From the NCBI GenBank assembly GCA_963663815.1, contig OY760734.1: 64,000 bases of DNA. One strand, given 5' to 3'. Below, piece by piece: positions 58,048 to 64,000 of the stretch; position 1 is the first letter of the stretch, and each line of letters begins with the position of its first letter. The notes under the pieces were generated by a model, which made no database searches, had not been told where the DNA came from, and saw only the letters and a program-made list of their open reading frames with translations. The stretch comes from Vicinamibacterales bacterium (GTDB lineage Bacteria; Acidobacteriota; Vicinamibacteria; Vicinamibacterales; UBA8438). Made by a program: the position numbers and the translations under genes.

Positions 58048-58353
58048 TCAGTCGAGATCGAAGTCGCGGGCAGGTCGGGTGACGGGCTCGTGGCGGGCGC
58101 GCTCGAGGGCCTCGTCGAAGCGCTTCGACAGGACGTCGCCGCGGCTCCGCTCGTCGTTCACGGACTGCTCGAACAGGGCCTCGCGGCGGGCCGCCTCGTC
58201 GGCGAGGATCCGTTGGGCCTGGTCGAGCTCGGGCTTGTCCTCGGACTCGGGCTCCTGGTGGGAGACGACGCGCTTCAGCCGCGAATCGACGGTCTGCACG
58301 GCGCCGCAGCAGGGGCAGACGACGTCGAACTCCGACGGCAGAAGGTTGGTCAT
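58048..58353 (-). CDS. hypothetical zinc-ribbon-like protein
   Basis: N-terminal FDVVCPCCGAVQTVD followed by an acidic helical region. Host-like codon bias. No family recognised. Confidence 0.5.
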   Translation of the reverse strand: MTNLLPSEFDVVCPCCGAVQTVDSRLKRVVSHQEPESEDKPELDQAQRILADEAARREALFEQSVNDERSRGDVLSKRFDEALERARHEPVTRPARDFDLD

Positions 58354-58371
58354 GGGACGATGCCCCGGCCG

Positions 58372-58596
58372 TCACCCTTCCTCTTCGTAGCCCTCTTCCT
58401 CCATCGGGCTGATGCGGGTCGACGGCCTGAGCGCTTCGCGATAGTCGTAGACGGGGAACCCCCGCACGTGGAGTGAAAGGACGCAGCCGGGCGCCTTCCG
58501 GTCGACGACGACGGTGACCGGGCTACCCTCTACCCCCTCGCGGAACGCGAGTCGACAGCCACAGGACAGCTCGGCGTGGACGAACCCTTTCAGCAT
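58372..58596 (-). CDS. hypothetical small protein (74 aa)
   Basis: ORF 18 nt upstream of the zinc-ribbon gene on the same strand. Contains Cys residues (SCGC, PGC) and an acidic tail EEEGYEEEG. No family recognised. Confidence 0.4.
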   Translation of the reverse strand: MLKGFVHAELSCGCRLAFREGVEGSPVTVVVDRKAPGCVLSLHVRGFPVYDYREALRPSTRISPMEEEGYEEEG

Positions 58597-58695
58597 CTAC
58601 AACCCTCATGCGGATCATACACCAGTCGCGCGCCCGCGTCCCGCCCCGAGTACGCCGACGCCGGCCGCTTCCCGCGCGGCCGGGCCACCCGTCCG

Positions 58696-59283
58696 CTACA
58701 GCAGGTCCACGATGTCCTGCTCGAACTCGTCCCGGGGCGCGATGCCAGCGTGGGTGCGGCACACCGTGCCTTCGCGGTCGATGAAGAACGTCATCGGCAC
58801 GCCCCAGATCGGTCCGTAGGCCTCCTGGAAGTCTTCGCGCCCCAGCCCCACGAGCATCGGGTAGTTCACGTCGAAGTCGTCGGCGAAATCCCGGATCTTG
58901 TCGACCGTGTCGTCCACCGACAGGCCGAGCACCACGAGCCCGTCGTCGGCGTACTGCTCGGCGAACTCGACGAACCAGGGCACCTCGATCTTGCAGGGGC
59001 CGCACCACGTCGCCCAGAAGTTCAGCAGCACGACCTTGCCGCGCAGCGACTGGAAGTCGACGTCCTCCCCGTTGTGGTCCTGCAGCACGAAATCGTAGTC
59101 GGCCGGCTTGGCCCCCGCATCGCACGCCGCGGCCTCGGGCGCGGCGCCGCCGCCGAAGACCGAGCCGCCGACGGCCGCGACGCGCCCGTGGGGGTGGGCA
59201 TGGGATGACACGAGGCCGGCCGGCAAGGTGGACATCGCCAACGCCAGCGCGGCCGCGCCCGCGACCATCCAACGCAACGTCAT
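58696..59283 (-). CDS. TlpA/ResA-like thiol:disulfide oxidoreductase (thioredoxin fold), exported
   Basis: Signal peptide MTLRWMVAGAAALALAMS. Active site VVLLNFWATWCGPCKIEVP. Confidence 0.85.
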   Translation of the reverse strand: MTLRWMVAGAAALALAMSTLPAGLVSSHAHPHGRVAAVGGSVFGGGAAPEAAACDAGAKPADYDFVLQDHNGEDVDFQSLRGKVVLLNFWATWCGPCKIEVPWFVEFAEQYADDGLVVLGLSVDDTVDKIRDFADDFDVNYPMLVGLGREDFQEAYGPIWGVPMTFFIDREGTVCRTHAGIAPRDEFEQDIVDLL

Positions 59284-59822
59284 GATGACTGGCTCCTCTC
59301 GTCAGGCCGGCGCCGGACCCGTGCCCACGCGCGTCGCCTTCGCCCAATAGCGTCGCACACCGCGAGCGGGCTTGTCCATGTCCTCTCTCGTGGTCGGTCC
59401 TTCGCCTGCGGGAGACACCCGCCGGGCATGCGAGGCTTCGCTGCGCGCGGCTCGGGCAGGCAGATCGGGGCCGGAGGCTCGGACACGCCGCGGCGGAGCT
59501 CCGCGTTGCACGGAGAGCGGCGAAGACGCCGACCGACCGTGGCGCGCCCGCCCCGCAACGCGCGAGGGCGGAGCACATCGGGCTCGACCCGACCGCAGAC
59601 CGCACGCGGCGCGACCGCAGCGGAGACTCCTGTCGTCGGCGGCCGCGCAACGGGCCCGCGGCGAGCGGGAGCAGCGACCGGGCGCGGTTCTTGCTAGGAT
59701 CGATCTCGGGAAGGATCGGGCAACGGTCGCGACGTTGCGACCACCCTGTCGCTACAGTTAAGATGAGACGACTTCTTCGCCAGCTCCCGCCGCACGCCGC
59801 TGGCCCCTCACGAGGTGAAAAC

Positions 59823-62800
59823 ATGAGCCGCACCACCTGCGGGCGCGCCATCCGGTGCCGCGTGGTCCGCGCCGTACTGATCGGCGCCCTGGCCCTCGGC
59901 TGGTCCGTCGACGCGATGGCCCAGGCCGCGACCCAGTTCTTCCCCTACTACGGCAAGAACCGGGTCAAGTACGACGACTTCCAGTGGCACATCTACACCA
60001 CCGACCACTTCGAGATCTTCTACTACCCCGACGTCGAAGAGCACCTCGAGCGCATCGCCAGCTACGCCGAGAGCGCATACGCCCAGATCAGCGCCGACCT
60101 GACCCACGACCTCGCGAACCTCGTTCCCCTCGTCATCTTCAAGACGCACAGCGAGTTCGAGCAGCAGAACATCATTCCGGGCGTGGTGTCCGACGGCGTC
60201 GGCGCCTTCGCAGAGCCGTTCCGGCAGCGCATCGTGCTGCCCATCGACGAGCCGCCCGACCAGCTCTACCGGCTGATCGCCCACGAGCTGACCCACCAGT
60301 TCGCGTTCGACATCATCCCGCGCTCGGTCATCCGGCGCGGCATTCCCCTGTGGGTGGACGAGGGGCTGGCCGACTACATGGGCGGCGTGTGGCGCCCCCT
60401 CGACCTGATGACGGTCCGCGACGCCGCCCTCTCGGACACCCTGCCCGAGATGAGCGACTTCCAGGGCGGAGGCATCAACGCGAGCCCGCGGCTCGTCTAC
60501 AACCTCGGGCACGCCGCCTTCGAGTTCATCGAAGAGCGCTGGGGCATGGCCGGGGTCCGGGAGTTCCTGTTCTCGCTGCGCAAGTCGGTGATCGGCGGCG
60601 AGAGCGACATCTACGAGGACGCGTTCAACATCCCCGCCGAGGAGTTCGACATCGAGTTCGAGTCGTACATCCGGCGCCGGTTCCAGGCTTTCCGCGACAA
60701 GGAGCGGCCCGACGACTACGGCCGCGACCTCGCCCCCGACCCCTTCGAGACGCGGTACCTGGCCGTCTACTCGATCGAGCCGTCGCCGTCGGGCGACCTC
60801 CTCGCCGCCTACGCCATCAACCGCAAGGACAGGGAGATCGACATCATCCTGCTGTCGACCGAGGACGGCGAGGTCGTGGGCAACCTGACCGAGGGCTTCA
60901 ACCAGGATCTCGGGTACGAGTCGATTCAGCTTCCCGGCGCCCGGTGGAACGCGGTGCCGTGGATGTCGTGGTCGGGAGTCGACGACCGCCTCGCCTACTT
61001 CGTCCGCAAAGGCAAGTACCGGTCGCTGATGCTGCAGAACGTGGTGACCCGGGAGACCGAGCAGATGGTCGACCTGCCGACGGTCGACGCGCCCGAGTCG
61101 CCCGACTTCTCGCCCGACGGCCGCCACGTCGTCTTCTCGGCCCTGCAGAACGCGGTGGGCGACATCTACCTGCTGGACCTCGAGACCGAGGAGATCACGA
61201 ACCTGACCGAGGACGAGTTCGCCGACTATGCCCCGACGTTCTCTCCCGACGGCTCCTATGTCGTCTACGTCGCCCGCATCAGCGGCAACAACAAGCTGTT
61301 CAAGCTCGACCTCGCCACCCGCGAGAAGACGCAGCTGACGTTCGGCACGTTCAGCGAGGCGGGGGCCCAGTTCCTCGACGAGAACACCGTGGTCTTCTCA
61401 TCGACCGCCGTCGACCCGCTCGCCCCGGTCGACCCGGACGTGGCCGCGAACGGAGACATCTTCAACGTCTGGACGCTCGACCTGAACAACGGCGAGCTGC
61501 GCCAGTACACCGACACCGCGACCGGCAACGTCTCGACGGTCGTGCTGCCCGGCGCCCCCCGGGCGCGGATCGCCTTCGTCACCTATTTCAAGGGCGAGTA
61601 CGGCATCCACACCGTCGAACGGGACGAACCGCTGTACACCGCGTTCACGTCGGACTTCGGCGCTCCGGGCCCCAACATCGACTTCCAGGCGCCGCTGACC
61701 CACACCCTCGTGACCGCCAACAACCGGCGCAAGGGTCGGTTCGAGAAGATGTTCCTCGACGGCGCGCCGCCCATCAACTTCGGGTTCACCAATAGCGGCG
61801 ACGTCCTCGGCGGCACCGCCGTCTCGTTCTCCGACGTCCTCGGCGATCAGAGCTTCAGCCTCTTCGCCTACTCCATAGCCCAGTACCGGACGTTCTCGGG
61901 CTCGTACTTCAATCAGAGCGGCCGCTTCCAGTACGCCCTGCAGGGATTCTCGCAGGAGATGTTCTTCTACGGCGCGGCCGGCTTCTACGCCCCGTCGCTC
62001 GCCTTCCTCAGCCGCGACGACGCGCTCGCGGTGCAGACGATACGGGGCGGAAGCGCCTTCGGCATCTATCCGCTCGACCGCTACCGGCGCATCGAGCTGA
62101 CCGGCGGCATGTTCCACTTCAACGAGCGGTTCAACGACCCGTTCCTCCAGCAGCAGTCGGATCAGTACCAGCAGCAGCAGTTCGGCACCCGGCTGTTCCG
62201 CAGCGGCTCGCAGATGCCGGTGGGGGTCTCGTTCATCCAGGAGACCACCGTCTTCCGCGAGTTCGGGCCGGTGTCCGGCAACACGATGCGATTCGCCTTC
62301 CAGTACGCCCCGACGGTGGGCAGCACGTTTCTCGGCAAGAAGACCCTCGACGCCGACGCCCGCTACTACCTGCGCATCGGCGAGACCGGCGTGTTCGCCC
62401 TGCGCGGCCGCGCCCTCAAGAGCTTCGGGGACTTCCCGGACTTCCTCTACTTCGGCGGCAACTCGGAGATGCGCGGCTACGAGTTTCTGGAGTTCATCGG
62501 ACACAACGCCGCGTTCCTCAACGCCGAGCTGCGCTTCCCCCTCATCGAGGCGATGCTGACGCCGATCGGCCTGATGGGGGGCATCCGGGGGGCCTTCTTC
62601 TTCAACCTCGGTGGAGCCAGCCTGAATGACCAGCCGTTCCGGTGGCTCGCCACCGGCGGCGAGACGATCACCCCGACCATCGGCTTCGGCCAGAACCCCC
62701 TGACCGGCCAGTACTACGAGGTGTTCGGCGACGCGACCCAGGTCTCGGGGTTCAGGCTCGTGGACAGCCGGGCGTCCTACGGCATCGGTCTGACGACGTC

Positions 62801-62945
62801 GGTCATCGGCATCCCCATGCACTTCGACTGGTCGTGGCGGACGCTGTTCAACGAGCAGTGGGAGGACATCCTCTTCGCGTCCCGCGGCGGAAGCAGCGTC
62901 TTCCGCAATCCGCGCTTCGACTTCTGGATCGGGTTCGACTTCTGA
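59823..62945 (+). CDS. outer-membrane multidomain protein: HExxH peptidase-like + PD40/TolB-like propeller + Omp85 (surface antigen D15) barrel
   Basis: Signal peptide (VRAVLIGALALGWSVDAMAQA). RLIAHELTHQFAF with downstream WVDEGLADY. PD40-like repeats (PSPSGDLLAY, FSPDGRHVVFSA, FSPDGSYVVYVA). C-terminal beta-barrel region ending in aromatic WIGFDF. Confidence 0.75.
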   Translation: MSRTTCGRAIRCRVVRAVLIGALALGWSVDAMAQAATQFFPYYGKNRVKYDDFQWHIYTTDHFEIFYYPDVEEHLERIASYAESAYAQISADLTHDLANLVPLVIFKTHSEFEQQNIIPGVVSDGVGAFAEPFRQRIVLPIDEPPDQLYRLIAHELTHQFAFDIIPRSVIRRGIPLWVDEGLADYMGGVWRPLDLMTVRDAALSDTLPEMSDFQGGGINASPRLVYNLGHAAFEFIEERWGMAGVREFLFSLRKSVIGGESDIYEDAFNIPAEEFDIEFESYIRRRFQAFRDKERPDDYGRDLAPDPFETRYLAVYSIEPSPSGDLLAAYAINRKDREIDIILLSTEDGEVVGNLTEGFNQDLGYESIQLPGARWNAVPWMSWSGVDDRLAYFVRKGKYRSLMLQNVVTRETEQMVDLPTVDAPESPDFSPDGRHVVFSALQNAVGDIYLLDLETEEITNLTEDEFADYAPTFSPDGSYVVYVARISGNNKLFKLDLATREKTQLTFGTFSEAGAQFLDENTVVFSSTAVDPLAPVDPDVAANGDIFNVWTLDLNNGELRQYTDTATGNVSTVVLPGAPRARIAFVTYFKGEYGIHTVERDEPLYTAFTSDFGAPGPNIDFQAPLTHTLVTANNRRKGRFEKMFLDGAPPINFGFTNSGDVLGGTAVSFSDVLGDQSFSLFAYSIAQYRTFSGSYFNQSGRFQYALQGFSQEMFFYGAAGFYAPSLAFLSRDDALAVQTIRGGSAFGIYPLDRYRRIELTGGMFHFNERFNDPFLQQQSDQYQQQQFGTRLFRSGSQMPVGVSFIQETTVFREFGPVSGNTMRFAFQYAPTVGSTFLGKKTLDADARYYLRIGETGVFALRGRALKSFGDFPDFLYFGGNSEMRGYEFLEFIGHNAAFLNAELRFPLIEAMLTPIGLMGGIRGAFFFNLGGASLNDQPFRWLATGGETITPTIGFGQNPLTGQYYEVFGDATQVSGFRLVDSRASYGIGLTTSVIGIPMHFDWSWRTLFNEQWEDILFASRGGSSVFRNPRFDFWIGFDF

Positions 62946-63017
62946 CGTCGGCGGGCCCGCGCCAGCGCCACCCGCCGGACCGGGGCGAGGGGGCGGGGCC
63001 GCCGACGAGGCGTGACG

Positions 63018-63061
63018 AGCGACAGGCCCGCCCGGTCGAACGCCGGGGCGGGCCTGTCGCT
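63018..63061. terminator. strong hairpin between convergent genes (bidirectional terminator candidate)
   Basis: AGCGACAGGCCCGCCCGG - 7-nt loop - CCGGGGCGGGCCTGTCGCT, about 17 paired bases. Lies between the stop at 62945 (+) and the stop at 63103 (-). Confidence 0.5.
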
Positions 63062-63102
63062 GTCTGCCGGAATCGATGAGGACGGGAAACGAGCCGGGCC
63101 GG

Positions 63103-64000
63103 TCAGAGGCGCGTCAGCCGCATCTCGCTACGGGCCAGGTCGAGGACGACCCGGTAGTCGCTGAGGAAGTGGTGGCCGACGGTGCCTCCGATGTGGAACC
63201 CCAGCAGGGCGCTGGGACGGTGCAGGTTCAACACCACCACGGAGTAGTTGGGATACAGCAGCTGGTCGAAGGCGAGCGACGTGCCCGGGCGCAGGTACGC
63301 CTGCTCGTCCCAACCCGACGTCCCGTACACGTTGACCGGCACCTGCCGCACTTCCAGCGGCGGCAGAAGGTTCGCGGTGCCGCGGCTGATGGAGATGACC
63401 TCGCCGCCGGTGTCGACCACGAAGCTCCGGGGAATCTGGTCGTTCACGACCCCGCGCACCACCGCGAGCCGGTGCTGCCTGAGCGGCATCGAGACATCGA
63501 ACGGCTCGTCCGGAAGCTCCTCGCCGATGACGACCTCGCGGCGCGCGTAGTCGACGATCATCGACAGCCCGACCGCGAGCGGCGAGAACGCCTCGGCCTC
63601 GGGGGTCGGCAGGCCCCCGAGCGGGGGGCTCTTGATCAACGCGGGCAGATTCCGGATGCCGAGGGAGCCGAACTCGAGCGACTCGATCCGGCCGGCCTGC
63701 AGGCCCCGGAAACCGACCTCGCCGACGCCGGCGGACAGGGTGGTGCTGACCGGACGCACGCCGAGCTGCTGGGCGGCGCGCTGGGACAGCACCGTCTGCT
63801 CGGCCCCGGTGTCCATCACGAAGTCGATGATGTCGCCGCCGTTGACCCGTCCCTGGACGATGACCTTGTCGCCGACCAGCCTGAACGGAATGGTGTGGAG
63901 CTGCCCCGGGGCCAGCATCTCGAGGGCCGGTCGGTCGCCGAACGACCGCAGGAACTGCACTTCCGCGCGCGCCCAGTCCACCTTCTCGGCATCGAGCCAA
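63103..64000 (-). CDS. retropepsin-like aspartic protease (two DTG-type lobes), 5-prime end outside the window
   Basis: VMDTGAEQTVLS and VVDTGGEVISIS motifs. The frame remains open upstream of the GTG at 63981 to the window edge. Confidence 0.7.
   Translation of the reverse strand, partial: WLDAEKVDWARAEVQFLRSFGDRPALEMLAPGQLHTIPFRLVGDKVIVQGRVNGGDIIDFVMDTGAEQTVLSQRAAQQLGVRPVSTTLSAGVGEVGFRGLQAGRIESLEFGSLGIRNLPALIKSPPLGGLPTPEAEAFSPLAVGLSMIVDYARREVVIGEELPDEPFDVSMPLRQHRLAVVRGVVNDQIPRSFVVDTGGEVISISRGTANLLPPLEVRQVPVNVYGTSGWDEQAYLRPGTSLAFDQLLYPNYSVVVLNLHRPSALLGFHIGGTVGHHFLSDYRVVLDLARSEMRLTRL

Overview
Very GC-rich bacterial chromosomal window. The gene content (a PadR plus ADOP-type duplicated permease pair, DUF4159, a CHRD-cytochrome c protein, monomeric isocitrate dehydrogenase) suggests an Acidobacteriota-like soil bacterium; this is inference only. 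I support about 55 CDS, mostly housekeeping or metabolic genes, interrupted by several accessory or decayed patches. (i) 2.6-10.1 kb: a polyhydroxyalkanoate (PHA) locus with class III phaC and phaE, phaB, a MaoC/PhaJ hydratase, a phasin-like protein, an XRE regulator, and an unusual 652-aa KAS III enzyme fused to an unrecognised N-terminal domain. No thiolase is present in the operon. (ii) 15.6-20.3 kb: a Phd/PIN toxin-antitoxin pair, a PadR-ADOP permease pair separated by a 27/28-bp x4 tandem repeat, then a decay zone holding a duplicated permease 5-prime end and an AAA-ATPase_like/PDDEXK remnant. (iii) 26.7-29.7 kb: an accessory islet with lower third-position GC. It holds a GIY-YIG nuclease-like gene and a DUF6884-like gene joined through a 248-bp segment bounded by a perfect 22-bp direct repeat, an IS1634-type transposase fragment, and an intact vapB with a frameshifted vapC. 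(iv) 38.1-40.5 kb: an OPT oligopeptide transporter translationally coupled to a PqqD/RRE-like protein. (v) 49.1-53.7 kb: a ribbon-helix-helix protein plus a PstI/BsuBI-like type II restriction-modification pair, followed by a stand-alone LigD phosphoesterase and a DinB protein. (vi) 55.6-58.0 kb: an rve/DDE-type insertion sequence with about 1.1 kb of apparently non-coding cargo. (vii) 59.8-62.9 kb: an HExxH - PD40 propeller - Omp85 barrel fusion protein. I recognised no rRNA, tRNA or CRISPR array. Many very long ORFs in the supplied track are Arg/Pro/Gly/Ala-rich shadow ORFs of the high GC content and are not called. All family assignments come from motif and sequence recall, not from database searches.
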